A stretch of 57,844 nt of DNA from Acutalibacteraceae bacterium (GTDB taxonomy: Bacteria; Bacillota; Clostridia; Oscillospirales; Acutalibacteraceae): positions 1-57,844 of the forward strand of contig JAZOOT010000009.1 in the NCBI GenBank assembly GCA_045655165.1, in the 5' to 3' direction. Positions 1-9,238 of this stretch are shown here, piece by piece. The number at the start of each line of letters is the position of its first letter. Position 1 is the first letter of the stretch. Under the pieces are notes generated by a model, which worked only from the letters and a program-made list of their open reading frames with translations, made no database searches and was not told the DNA's origin. The translations under genes and the position numbers were made by a program.

Positions 1-77
1 CCGTTTGCAATTTCAACCGAAATTTGTTCGCAAATTTGCGGACAAATTGGCCTGTTTTTATCAAGATGCCACCCCAT
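1..77 (-). CDS. 5' end of a GntR/YtrA-like HTH regulator gene running out of the window (partial)
   Basis: Not in the ORF track because it is open at the window edge. Minus-strand ATG at 77-75 lies 6 nt after AAAGGAG (complement of 84-90). It translates to MGWHLDKNRPICPQICEQISVEIANG, which resembles the PIYxQIxxxIxxxIxxG N-terminus of GntR-family regulators. Confidence 0.3.
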   Translation of the reverse strand, partial: MGWHLDKNRPICPQICEQISVEIAN

Positions 78-119
78 ATTCTGCTCCTTTCGTATTTTTT
101 GTACTACTGTACTATTTCA

Positions 120-148
120 ATAATACACTATTTTATTAAAAATGTCAA
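120..148 (-). promoter_or_regulatory. sigma-A-like promoter for the partial regulator gene
   Basis: On the minus strand: TTGACA (complement of 143-148), 17-nt spacer, TATTAT (complement of 120-125). Confidence 0.35.
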
Positions 149-149
149 C

Positions 150-180
150 AAAAAAATAAAGAGGGGAAATTTCCCCTCTA
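150..180 (-). terminator. intrinsic terminator of the transglutaminase-like lipoprotein gene
   Basis: Perfect palindrome AGAGGGGAAATTTCCCCTCT at 160-179, followed on the minus strand by a T-run (complement of 150-159). Confidence 0.65.
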
Positions 181-186
181 AAAATA

Positions 187-1431
187 TTAATAATCAAACT
201 TCAATATGCAGGTGTTTCCGCTAAAGGAAATTGTTTTAATTTTAACCTTTTTGTTTGATAAGGTTTTGTTTACCGCCTTTTGCACTTCTGTAATTAGCGG
301 TTTATAGTTTGACTTAAACTTTTCACATTCGGTATCGTTTTCGAAACAAAACTGCGCTGTGCTGTTTCCGTTTCTATATTGGTAAACTATTTCTTCAGCC
401 ATTTTTTGTGTGTTGTTGTGCTTTAAAATCAAGCCGTTTTTAGTGAAATAATCGTTTTTAATAGTTGCGGAAGTCGGTTTATTAAAGTTAAAACTGTGAC
501 CTAGTGAAATAGCGGTAGGGTCGGCATTTTTAAAATCTTTATCAATATCGTGGTCAGTAATAATTTGACTGTCGGTTAAACAAAAATAAGTGTAGGTGTA
601 ATCTTTTGCTAAATCGTTCCATGTGCAGTCAACGTGGTACCAACCGTCTTCGGTTTTAACCATATTCCATAAATGCCCAACACCCTTTGAAGTACCGCAT
701 ACTAAAGTGTTTTCAATACCCGTTGCGTTGCACAAAAGTTGATAAGCCCTTGAATATCCCTCGCAGTTGGCAATGCCGTTTACCAATGCACCGTAAGCCG
801 AATAAATTTCATTGTCGGTATAATCGGTTGCATATCGCGCACGTTTGCAAAGTTCATCGTGCAAAACCTTTGCTTTGTTATATGTAGTGGTTTCTTTCGC
901 GGCTTTTTCAGAAATTTCGTAAATTACTTCGTAAATTTCTTCTTTTTTGTCTTCGGCTTTCTTTTTGTTAAAAAGAAATTTATCGTCGTTATAGCTTCTC
1001 TTAAAAGCAATACTTCCTTTTTCGTTTACCGTTGAAACGTAATAAGAAGACGGCATCCAAAAATATTCGGGAAAATCGTTCATTAAAGCATGAAATGCAA
1101 CCGAAATATCGCTGTAAAAAGCGCTATAATAATCGCCAAGCACTGCAAAACCTTCGGTAAAATCTGTTACCATTGTTTTCATATATCGGTAATGATTTTT
1201 TTGAATATCGGTAAGGGTGTTATAGCATTTTAATGATTGCAATCCGTCCTCTTTACATGGCATAACGTCGGTGAATACAACCTTTTCGTACGGCGTGTTT
1301 TCGGGTTTTTTATCATTAAATCCCGTTTCGCTTTTAATAATTGCTTCGTAGTTTGAATTGTTGTTACCTTTGCAAGAACAAAAGGTTAATATTAACGCAA
1401 AGCACAGCAAAAAGCATTTTATTTTTTTCAA
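187..1431 (-). CDS. secreted lipoprotein with a transglutaminase-like cysteine protease core
   Basis: 414-aa ORF. N-terminal signal MKKIKCFLLCFALILTFCSC. Cys/His/Asp core-like stretch NCEGYSRAYQLLC...GHLWNMV...WYHVDCTWND. Confidence 0.6.
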   Translation of the reverse strand: MKKIKCFLLCFALILTFCSCKGNNNSNYEAIIKSETGFNDKKPENTPYEKVVFTDVMPCKEDGLQSLKCYNTLTDIQKNHYRYMKTMVTDFTEGFAVLGDYYSAFYSDISVAFHALMNDFPEYFWMPSSYYVSTVNEKGSIAFKRSYNDDKFLFNKKKAEDKKEEIYEVIYEISEKAAKETTTYNKAKVLHDELCKRARYATDYTDNEIYSAYGALVNGIANCEGYSRAYQLLCNATGIENTLVCGTSKGVGHLWNMVKTEDGWYHVDCTWNDLAKDYTYTYFCLTDSQIITDHDIDKDFKNADPTAISLGHSFNFNKPTSATIKNDYFTKNGLILKHNNTQKMAEEIVYQYRNGNSTAQFCFENDTECEKFKSNYKPLITEVQKAVNKTLSNKKVKIKTISFSGNTCILKFDY

Positions 1432-1435
1432 AAAA

Positions 1436-2059
1436 TTATCCCTCGTTTACAATATTATAACTTCCGCACATTTTGGCAATGTGTTCTGTCCAACCAAAAC
1501 AATCGGGTGCGCTTAAACTTGTTTTGGTATTATTTATTATACACGAAAGCGCCTCACTTGAAAAGCCGTTTTTATTTATTTTTTCAAAAACCGCGCAAAG
1601 TACTTCGCGCTTGGTTTTAATGCTTTTATTATTAACTGCAAGAATGTTGCACACCTGAACACCGGTGTATCGTAATTTTTCACCAAAAATATTTAATTCA
1701 ATACCATCTAAAACATCAATAAAATCAAGTATAAATGTATAATCGCAATACACGGTTTCTTCAATAAAATAACCATACTTTTCGGCTTCTACAAAGGTTG
1801 CTTTTTCTAAAATAACAGCGTCAATAAAAGCATTTTGAAAATCAAGTTGCAAAGCCAAACCATAACCGTCTTCAAAACTAAAAAGCAGGGTAGTGTTTTT
1901 GGGAAGTTCGCTTTCGGCAAAATAGGGGACATTTTCTTTTTTAACATTTACACCAATTAGTTTTTCACTTTTCGCTGACATATAAATTAAACTTGCAAAT
2001 AATGAAGAACAAAGCAAAATAACACAAAAAACAAGCAGTACAGTGTTTCTTTTTTTCAT
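1436..2059 (-). CDS. hypothetical membrane-anchored protein
   Basis: 207-aa ORF with one N-terminal TM segment (VLLVFCVILLCSSLFASLIYM). Lies 4 nt upstream of the next minus-strand gene. No family recognised. Confidence 0.5.
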   Translation of the reverse strand: MKKRNTVLLVFCVILLCSSLFASLIYMSAKSEKLIGVNVKKENVPYFAESELPKNTTLLFSFEDGYGLALQLDFQNAFIDAVILEKATFVEAEKYGYFIEETVYCDYTFILDFIDVLDGIELNIFGEKLRYTGVQVCNILAVNNKSIKTKREVLCAVFEKINKNGFSSEALSCIINNTKTSLSAPDCFGWTEHIAKMCGSYNIVNEG

Positions 2060-2161
2060 AAAATAACTCCTAAAATTTAATACAATTTAATTATTAACAT
2101 TAAAATTTAATTTAAACGCAGTTGTTATTTTTAAATGATTATGTTATTATAATTTATAAAT

Positions 2162-4072
2162 TTGAGTGGCGGTGAAAAGGTGTATTTTTCTATTACTAAC
2201 GGCCAGGTTTCTTTTGGCGAAAAAACAATTATTGATAATATAAATTTTGAAATTAAAGACAAGCAAAAAATTGCGGTTGTGGGCCGAAACGGTTGCGGAA
2301 AAACTACGCTTTTGCGTCTTATAAACGGTGAAATTGAACTTTTTAACGGCATAATTTCAAAACCCGACGGTGTTTCTATTGGTTACCTTAAACAAATTGT
2401 CTTTAAAGATGGAAACGTTACCTTTGAAACTGAGGTAAAAAAAGCGTTTGATAACATATTTAAAATGCGCGATGAAATGGAATTGCTGGTTGAAAAAATG
2501 AAGAATGATTCTTCTATTGAATTGGCTGCACGTTATACTTCACTGCAAGAGCATTTTAAACTTTTAGGCGGTTATTATTACCAAAAAGAATATGAAATTA
2601 TTGTAAAGAAATTCGGCTTTACTAAAGAAGATACACAAAAGAAATTATGTGAATTTTCGGGCGGGCAAAAAACAAAAATAGCATTTATTAAAATGCTTTT
2701 ATCAAAGCCGGATATTTTGCTTTTGGACGAACCAACCAACCATTTGGATATTGAAACGGTGGAGTGGCTTGAAGAATATTTAAAAACGTATCCTTGCGCG
2801 GCTGTTTTGGTTTCGCACGACAGATTGTTTTTAGATAAAATTGCCGAAGTTGTTTATGAAATTCAATACGGCGAAATTACAAAGTACAACGGAAATTATT
2901 CGAAATTTTGTGAAATTAAAAAGAACGATTTTGCTCTTAAAAAGAAACGTTATGAACAATATAAAAAAGAAACCGAACGCTTAAACGAACTTATAGAACG
3001 GTTTAGGTATAAAGCCACAAAGGCCGCAATGGCTCAATCTAAAATTAAATATTTAGAGCGAATGGAAGTTGTGTCCGACCCCGAAAATTTTGATACAAGA
3101 TGTTTTAAAATGGATATTACACCCGCAATAGAAAGCGGTAACTGTGTGCTTGATGTTAAAAACTTAAACGTTGGTTATGAAAAAGTGTTAGCATCTGTTA
3201 ATATTTCGCTTAAAAAAGGCCAAAAGTTAGGCATAATTGGCGGAAACGGTGTTGGTAAATCAACCTTTCTAAAAACGCTTGTAAACAAAACAATAGCGCT
3301 TTCGGGCGAGTTTACTTTTGGCACAAACGTTAAAGTGGGGTATTTTGACCAAAATTTTGCGCAGTATTTTAGCGAAAAAACTGTTTTAGAAGATTATTGG
3401 GATGAATTCCCGTCACTTACCCAAACCGAAGTAAGAAACGATTTAGGGGCTTTTTTGTTTAGGGGAGAAGACGTTTTTAAGCCCGTAAAAGTGCTTTCAG
3501 GCGGTGAAAAAGTTCGGCTTTCGCTGTGCAAAATTCTTAAAAAGAAGCCCAATTTGCTAATTCTTGATGAGCCCACAAACCATATGGATATTTTGGGTAA
3601 AGAAACACTTGAAGATATGCTTAAAAACTATGCAGGCACAGTAATTTGTGTTTCGCACGATAGGTATTTTATTAAACAGATTTGCGACAGTTTGCTTGTT
3701 TTTGAAAATAATACGGCAACCTTTTATCCGTTTGGATTTGATGAATACTCAAAAAAAGAAAAGGTAAAGGAAGAATTTGTAACCGAAAAAACCGAAAAAA
3801 AGCCCAAAAAAGCAAACACTTCACCGCTTAAAGAACTTTCACGTCTTGAAACCGCAGTAAAAAAACTTGAGAAACAAATTGCGGTTTTAGAAGAAGAAAA
3901 CAAAGGGTTAAAAGGCGAACTTGAATGCGAAGAAAATATATCTGACTTTAAAAAACTTACCGAACTTGATTTAAAAATTAAAGAGAATGAAAATGCGCTT
4001 TTAAACTTGTATTCAGAGTGGGAAACTGCAGTTTTAAAGCGCGATGAACTAAGCGCTAATATAAATAAATAA
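2162..4072 (+). CDS. ABC-F family ATPase (two ABC cassettes, no TM domain, C-terminal coiled coil)
   Basis: Two Walker A motifs (GRNGCGKTT, GGNGVGKST). Two signature motifs (FSGGQKTK, LSGGEKVR). Two Walker B motifs (LLLDEPTNHLD, LILDEPTNHMD). TTG start at 2162; GTG at 2180 is an alternative. Confidence 0.85.
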   Translation: MSGGEKVYFSITNGQVSFGEKTIIDNINFEIKDKQKIAVVGRNGCGKTTLLRLINGEIELFNGIISKPDGVSIGYLKQIVFKDGNVTFETEVKKAFDNIFKMRDEMELLVEKMKNDSSIELAARYTSLQEHFKLLGGYYYQKEYEIIVKKFGFTKEDTQKKLCEFSGGQKTKIAFIKMLLSKPDILLLDEPTNHLDIETVEWLEEYLKTYPCAAVLVSHDRLFLDKIAEVVYEIQYGEITKYNGNYSKFCEIKKNDFALKKKRYEQYKKETERLNELIERFRYKATKAAMAQSKIKYLERMEVVSDPENFDTRCFKMDITPAIESGNCVLDVKNLNVGYEKVLASVNISLKKGQKLGIIGGNGVGKSTFLKTLVNKTIALSGEFTFGTNVKVGYFDQNFAQYFSEKTVLEDYWDEFPSLTQTEVRNDLGAFLFRGEDVFKPVKVLSGGEKVRLSLCKILKKKPNLLILDEPTNHMDILGKETLEDMLKNYAGTVICVSHDRYFIKQICDSLLVFENNTATFYPFGFDEYSKKEKVKEEFVTEKTEKKPKKANTSPLKELSRLETAVKKLEKQIAVLEEENKGLKGELECEENISDFKKLTELDLKIKENENALLNLYSEWETAVLKRDELSANINK

Positions 4073-4092
4073 TTATTTTATAAATATACTGT

Positions 4093-4121
4093 TTGACATA
4101 AGGGTTAGAATATTGTAAAAT
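4093..4121 (+). promoter_or_regulatory. sigma-A-like promoter upstream of pyrH
   Basis: TTGACA 4093-4098, 17-nt spacer, TAAAAT 4116-4121. Confidence 0.45.
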
Positions 4122-4152
4122 AATAACGAGTAAAAATTTAAGGAGTGTTTGT

Positions 4153-4857
4153 ATGAAACCGGTTTATAAAAGAATTCTTTTAAAACTAAGCGGCGAAGCT
4201 CTTTCGGGTTCTAAAGGCAGCGGACTTGATTTTGATAAAGTAGTTGAAATTTGTGAACAAATTAAAGTTTGCGTTGATGCAGGTGTTGAGGTTGCTATTG
4301 TTGTTGGCGGCGGCAACTTTTGGCGTGGCCGTTCAAGCGGAAAAATGGACCGTACACGCGCTGACCATATGGGAATGCTTGCAACAAGCATAAATGCTTT
4401 GGCAGTTGCCGACGGTCTTGAGCAGGTTGGTGTTGTACCAAGAGTACAAACCGCTATTGAAATGCGCCAAATTGCTGAACCTTACATTAGAAATAAAGCG
4501 GTTAGGCATTTAGAAAAGGGCAGAGTTGTTGTTTTTGGTTGCGGTACCGGTAACCCCTTCTTCTCAACCGACACAGCCGCAGCACTTCGCGCTGCCGAAA
4601 TTGATGCCGACGTTATATTCAAAGCAACAAACGTTGATGGTGTTTATGATTCCGACCCAAAAACTAACCCGAATGCCGTTAAATATGAAACACTTTCTTA
4701 TATTGAAGTTTTGCAAAAAGAATTGCACGTTATGGATAGCACAGCGGCTTCGCTTTGTATGGATAACTCTATTTCAATTCAGGTATTTAATTTAAACGAC
4801 CCCGCCAATATTGTTCACGCAGTAATGGGTGAAAAAATAGGCACTTTGGTTAAATAA
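4153..4857 (+). CDS. pyrH: UMP kinase
   Basis: 234 aa. [13 protein letters not shown]...[10 protein letters not shown]...[15 protein letters not shown] is typical PyrH. SD AAGGAG lies 7 nt upstream. Conserved pyrH-frr order. Confidence 0.95.
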   Translation: MKPVYKRILLKLSGEALSGSKGSGLDFDKVVEICEQIKVCVDAGVEVAIVVGGGNFWRGRSSGKMDRTRADHMGMLATSINALAVADGLEQVGVVPRVQTAIEMRQIAEPYIRNKAVRHLEKGRVVVFGCGTGNPFFSTDTAAALRAAEIDADVIFKATNVDGVYDSDPKTNPNAVKYETLSYIEVLQKELHVMDSTAASLCMDNSISIQVFNLNDPANIVHAVMGEKIGTLVK

Positions 4858-4876
4858 TTTTAGGAGGAACTTTTTT

Positions 4877-5431
4877 ATGGATTTGTTGTTGAAAAACACA
4901 GAAGAAAGAATGGATAAATCGATTAACGCACTTGAAAGAGATTATAAAACGGTTAGAGTAGGCCGTGCAAACGCTTCGGTGCTTGATAGAGTAAATGTTG
5001 ATTATTACGGTGTTCCCACACCTATTCAGCAAATGGCGGCAATTTCAATGCCTGAACCAAGAATTCTTTTAATTAAACCTTGGGATTCCTCTACACTTAA
5101 AGATATTGAAAGGGCAATTTTGATTTCCGATATTGGCATTAACCCGCAAAACGATGGTACTGCCATTCGCCTTAGTTTTCCGCCTTTAACCGAAGAACGC
5201 AGACGTGAAATTGTTAAAGATATTAAAAAAATGGCTGAAGACTGCAAAGTTTCTGTTCGTAACATTAGACGTGACGCTTTAGAAAAACTTAAAGCAATGA
5301 AGAAAAAAGGCGAAATTACCGAAGACGATGAGAAAAACGGTGAAAAGAAAATTCAAAACTCCACCGATAAATTCTGCAAAGAGGCCGACTCTTTACAGGC
5401 ATTAAAAGAAAAAGAAGTTCTTGAATTATAA
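4877..5431 (+). CDS. frr: ribosome recycling factor
   Basis: 184 aa. RTGRANASVLD-like VRVGRANASVLDRV, PLTEERRRE, RNIRRDA motifs. SD GGAGG upstream. Confidence 0.95.
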   Translation: MDLLLKNTEERMDKSINALERDYKTVRVGRANASVLDRVNVDYYGVPTPIQQMAAISMPEPRILLIKPWDSSTLKDIERAILISDIGINPQNDGTAIRLSFPPLTEERRREIVKDIKKMAEDCKVSVRNIRRDALEKLKAMKKKGEITEDDEKNGEKKIQNSTDKFCKEADSLQALKEKEVLEL

Positions 5432-5439
5432 AAATTAAG

Positions 5440-5478
5440 AAATGTCATTGTAAGGTTTTCTTGCAATGACATTTTGAA
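5440..5478 (+). terminator. long hairpin after frr (terminator or attenuator)
   Basis: AAATGTCATTGTAAG (5440-5454) pairs with CTTGCAATGACATTT (5460-5474), 15 bp with one G-U. Only a short T tract follows. Confidence 0.45.
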
Positions 5479-5492
5479 ATATTATAAAACGG

Positions 5493-6215
5493 GTGATAAA
5501 CTTGCTTCTTAAAAACAATGTTTTAGAAAACATGGTAATTCCAAAACATATTGCTATTATTATGGACGGCAACGGACGTTGGGCTAAAAAAAGGGGAATG
5601 CCAAGAAGTTTTGGGCATTCAGCAGGTGCAAAAAAGTTTAAGGAGATTGCAAGGTACTGTAACAAAATCGGTGTAAAGTACTTAACAGTTTATGCTTTTT
5701 CAACCGAAAACTGGAAACGCCCCAAAGCCGAAGTAGACGGAATTATGAATTTGCTTCGCGATTATCTTTCCAATTCAGCCAATTTTAAAGGTGAAAACAT
5801 TAAACTACAGTTTATTGGTGATTTATCGGCTTTGCCAAAGGATATAAACGATTTAATTAAAACCGCTTGTCAGGATTCGGAGAATGCAACCGGTATGACC
5901 GCTTGCTTGGCGGTTAATTACGGCGGAAGAGATGAAATTAAAAATGCTGTTAAAAAAATTATTGAAAATGGTGTTACCGCCGAAGAAATTACTGAAGACC
6001 TAATTAGCCAAAATCTTTATACAAAAAACTATCCCGACCCCGAACTAATAATAAGACCAAGCGGGGAATACCGCCTTTCTAATTTTTTAATTTGGCAGGG
6101 TGCTTACAGCGAGTTTTGGTACAGTAATGTGCTTTGGCCCGATTTTACTACCGATGATTTAGATAACGCTATAATTGATTACAATAAACGAAATCGCCGT
6201 TTTGGAGGTGTTTAG
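5493..6215 (+). CDS. uppS: isoprenyl transferase / undecaprenyl-diphosphate synthase
   Basis: HIAIIMDGNGRWAKKRG, YLTVYAFSTENWKRP, IRPSGEYRLSNFLIWQGAYSEF. Start uncertain: GTG 5493, TTG 5502 or ATG 5532. Confidence 0.9.
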   Translation: MINLLLKNNVLENMVIPKHIAIIMDGNGRWAKKRGMPRSFGHSAGAKKFKEIARYCNKIGVKYLTVYAFSTENWKRPKAEVDGIMNLLRDYLSNSANFKGENIKLQFIGDLSALPKDINDLIKTACQDSENATGMTACLAVNYGGRDEIKNAVKKIIENGVTAEEITEDLISQNLYTKNYPDPELIIRPSGEYRLSNFLIWQGAYSEFWYSNVLWPDFTTDDLDNAIIDYNKRNRRFGGV

Positions 6216-6216
6216 T

Positions 6217-7029
6217 ATGCTAACAAGAATTATTTCAGGTGCTGTAATGATTGCAGTTTGCGTGGGCGTTTTGTTGCTTGGCGCACAAATTCCGCTTGTT
6301 TTGGCTGTTTTTTTGGCAGTTCTTTGTGCAGTGGCGGTTTATGAAATGCTTTACAACACAGGTACTGTTAAAAACAAATGGGTTGTTTTAATTGCTTCAA
6401 TTTATTCGGCAGGTAACCTTTTTGCTTTTTGCGGTTATACACAAAAAGTCATTGGTTTTTTAACCGAACAAACCATAACTTTGGGTTTTGTAGTTCTTGT
6501 GGTTTTACTTTCGGTTGTTTTGCATAAACAGTTTTCCCTTTATTCAATTTCTGCTTTAATTTCAATGCCGTTAATTCTTTCCTTTGCATTTGCTTCGCTT
6601 CGCTTTTTGTATTTAGGTGAAAACGGCTTATTTTACTTGTTACTTTTACTTAATTTTTCTTCTATTTGCGACTGCGGTGCATATTTTGTTGGCGTTACAA
6701 TGGGCAAACATAAACTTAGCCCCGAAATTAGCCCAAAGAAAACAATTGAGGGTGCGGTTGGCGGTATTGTTTCAAGCTTACTTGTAAGCGTTTTGCTTTG
6801 CTTTACAATGAACGGCGGTAAAAACTTGGTTGCACTTTTAATTCTTACCGTACCGCTTTGCATACTTGGTATGTTTGGCGATTTATTTGCTTCGGTTATT
6901 AAGCGTAACGTTGGCATTAAAGACTACGGAAAACTTATACCCGGTCACGGCGGAATACTTGACCGTTTTGATAGCATACTTTTAGTAGCACCTGTTTTGC
7001 TTTTCTTTGTTAGCAGAGGTTTAATATAA
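6217..7029 (+). CDS. cdsA: phosphatidate cytidylyltransferase
   Basis: Multi-TM protein with C-terminal KRNVGIKDYGKLIPGHGGILDRFDS. I chose ATG 6217 (SD GGAGGTG 6204-6210) over the track start 6175, which overlaps uppS. Confidence 0.85.
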   Translation: MLTRIISGAVMIAVCVGVLLLGAQIPLVLAVFLAVLCAVAVYEMLYNTGTVKNKWVVLIASIYSAGNLFAFCGYTQKVIGFLTEQTITLGFVVLVVLLSVVLHKQFSLYSISALISMPLILSFAFASLRFLYLGENGLFYLLLLLNFSSICDCGAYFVGVTMGKHKLSPEISPKKTIEGAVGGIVSSLLVSVLLCFTMNGGKNLVALLILTVPLCILGMFGDLFASVIKRNVGIKDYGKLIPGHGGILDRFDSILLVAPVLLFFVSRGLI

Positions 7030-8171
7030 TGACAAAAGAGTTAATTATTCTTGGCTCAACCGGCTCTATTGGTACACAGGCGTTAGAAGTTGCCAAACAG
7101 CAAAATATTAAAGTTACAGCTTTGGCAGCGGGCAGCAATATCCATTTGCTTGAAAAACAAGCGCGTGAGTTTTTGCCCGATATTGTTAGTGTTGCCAATG
7201 AAGATGCCGCAAAAAAACTTCGCCTTAATTTAGCCGATACAAATATAAAAGTCGTTGGCGGTAAAGATAGTGTTAAAGAGCTTGTTCATCATAAGGGCGA
7301 TACCGTTTTAAATGCTGTTGTTGGTATTGCGGGATTACCTGCTTCGCTTGAAACTGCAAAATGCGGTAAAATACTTGCACTTGCTAATAAGGAGTCATTA
7401 GTAACGGGCGGTAATCTTTTAACAAAGGCAATTAAAGATAATAATGCGGTTATGTATCCTGTTGACAGCGAACATTCAGCAATTTTCCAGTCGCTTCAAG
7501 GTGTGCCAAACGGCTTCCTCTCGCGAATTTTGCTTACTGCTTCGGGCGGTCCGTTTTTTGGTAAAACGCGCGAAGAATTAAAAAACGTTACTGTTGAACA
7601 AACCTTAAAACACCCGAATTGGTCAATGGGTCAAAAAATTACCGTTGATTCGGCAACTTTAATGAATAAGGGATTAGAAGTTATTGAAGCGGTTCACCTT
7701 TTTGACATTACTGCAAACGAAATTGACGTTGTTGTTCAGCGTGAAAGTATTATTCATTCGGGAGTTGAATTAACCGACGGCGGTTTAATTGTTCAAATGG
7801 GTGTTCCCGATATGAAACTACCTATTGCTTACGCACTAACTTATCCTAACAGATACCCCTGCAGTGAGCGGCTTGATTTAACAAAAATAGGTAAGTTAAC
7901 GTTCTTTAAACCCGATACAAATACTTTTAAATGTTTAAAAGTTTGTGTTGATGCAATAAACAAAGGCGGTTTAAAACCTTGTGCGGCAAACGGCGCAAAC
8001 GAAGAAGCTGTTAAACTGTTTTTACAAAAGAAAATTAGCTTTTTGCAAATTGGCGATTTAGTAGAAGCCGCAACAAACGCTCAAAAAGAAGTGGAAAGTT
8101 ACACCTTGCAAGATGTTTATTTGTGTGATAAAACCGCAAGGGAATTTGTGCTTAATAATTACAATAAATAG
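7029..8171 (+). CDS. dxr: 1-deoxy-D-xylulose 5-phosphate reductoisomerase
   Basis: ILGSTGSIGTQAL, LANKESLV, PVDSEHSAIFQ, HPNWSMGQKITVDSATLMNKGLEVIEA. Confidence 0.95.
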   Translation: MTKELIILGSTGSIGTQALEVAKQQNIKVTALAAGSNIHLLEKQAREFLPDIVSVANEDAAKKLRLNLADTNIKVVGGKDSVKELVHHKGDTVLNAVVGIAGLPASLETAKCGKILALANKESLVTGGNLLTKAIKDNNAVMYPVDSEHSAIFQSLQGVPNGFLSRILLTASGGPFFGKTREELKNVTVEQTLKHPNWSMGQKITVDSATLMNKGLEVIEAVHLFDITANEIDVVVQRESIIHSGVELTDGGLIVQMGVPDMKLPIAYALTYPNRYPCSERLDLTKIGKLTFFKPDTNTFKCLKVCVDAINKGGLKPCAANGANEEAVKLFLQKKISFLQIGDLVEAATNAQKEVESYTLQDVYLCDKTAREFVLNNYNK

Positions 8172-8180
8172 TTTTACGGA

Positions 8181-9230
8181 GTGGTTGATATTCTATCATT
8201 TTTAAATAATGTATGGCCATATTTTGTGGCAGTTTTAGTGTTTCTTGTGCTAATAATTATCCACGAATTTGGCCATTTTATTGCCGCTAAAACCTTTGGC
8301 GTTAAAGTTAATGAATTTGCGGTTGGTTTTGGCCCTAAACTTTTTTCAAAACAGGGCAAAGAAACGCTTTACAGGTTTAACCTTGTTCCTTTTGGCGGTT
8401 ATTGCGCTATGGAAGGGGAAGATGAAAAAAGTGAAGACAGCCGTGCTTTTTGTAATCAAAAAGCGTGGAAACGTTTAATAATTACCGCAATGGGCGCAAT
8501 TTTTAATTTAATTTTGGGACTTTTGCTTGTTGCAATCATTCTGTCAGGTAGCAAAATGTTTACCTCAAACGTTGTGGCACAGTTTGATGAAAATGCCCTT
8601 AGTCAGCAAAGCGGTTTAGCGGTTAACGATGAAATTATTAAAATTGACGGCAGAAGAATTTACAGTTATATGGACCTTTCTTATGCCTTTACAGCGGTTG
8701 ATGACGGGAAACTGGATATTTTGGTTAAACGCAACGGCGAAAAGTTATTGCTTAAAGATGTAACCTTTAACACCGAAACAATTGACGGTATTTCTTATGT
8801 TGACCTTGATTTTAAAGTTTATGGCGAAAAGAAAACGCTTGGCAGTTATATTAGCCATACCTTTAAAACAACCTTTTCTTATTGCAGGGTTGTGTGGTTT
8901 TCGCTTGTTGATTTATTAAGCGGAAAATACGGCATAAGTGCCGTTTCGGGTCCTGTGGGTGTAACTGCCACAATTGGAAGCGCAGCAAAGGAAAGTTTTT
9001 TAAATTTGTTGCCAATTATGGCGCTTATAACCATTAACTTGGGTGTGTTTAATCTATTACCCGTACCTGCGCTTGACGGCGGAAGAATTTTCTTTATTTT
9101 TGTTGAAATGATTATAAGAAAACCCATACCCAAAAGGTTTGAAGGCATTGTGCATGGTGTTGGCCTTGCGCTTTTGCTTTTAATTATGCTTTTAATTACA
9201 TTTAAAGATATAATCGCATTATTTACGTGA
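8181..9230 (+). CDS. rseP: RIP (site-2) zinc metalloprotease, M50 family with PDZ domain
   Basis: HEFGHF motif, central PDZ-like segment, C-terminal NLLPVPALDGG. The GTG 8181 start overlaps GGAG 8178-8181, so the exact start is uncertain. Confidence 0.85.
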   Translation: MVDILSFLNNVWPYFVAVLVFLVLIIIHEFGHFIAAKTFGVKVNEFAVGFGPKLFSKQGKETLYRFNLVPFGGYCAMEGEDEKSEDSRAFCNQKAWKRLIITAMGAIFNLILGLLLVAIILSGSKMFTSNVVAQFDENALSQQSGLAVNDEIIKIDGRRIYSYMDLSYAFTAVDDGKLDILVKRNGEKLLLKDVTFNTETIDGISYVDLDFKVYGEKKTLGSYISHTFKTTFSYCRVVWFSLVDLLSGKYGISAVSGPVGVTATIGSAAKESFLNLLPIMALITINLGVFNLLPVPALDGGRIFFIFVEMIIRKPIPKRFEGIVHGVGLALLLLIMLLITFKDIIALFT

Positions 9231-9238
9231 GGAAAATT

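Noticed and set aside
2162-4072. ABC-F as an antibiotic-resistance (ARE) determinant
   Set aside because: The inter-domain linker looks short and ordinary, and the gene sits in a housekeeping context. Nothing in the sequence alone distinguishes it from a housekeeping translation ABC-F.
6175-6216. N-terminal extensions in the ORF track (6175, 19985, 27441, 30523, 36977, 40136, 41765, 44790, 54396)
   Set aside because: These upstream starts overlap the preceding gene or span terminators. In each case a downstream ATG or TTG with a proper SD gives an N-terminus consistent with the family, so the shorter models were used.
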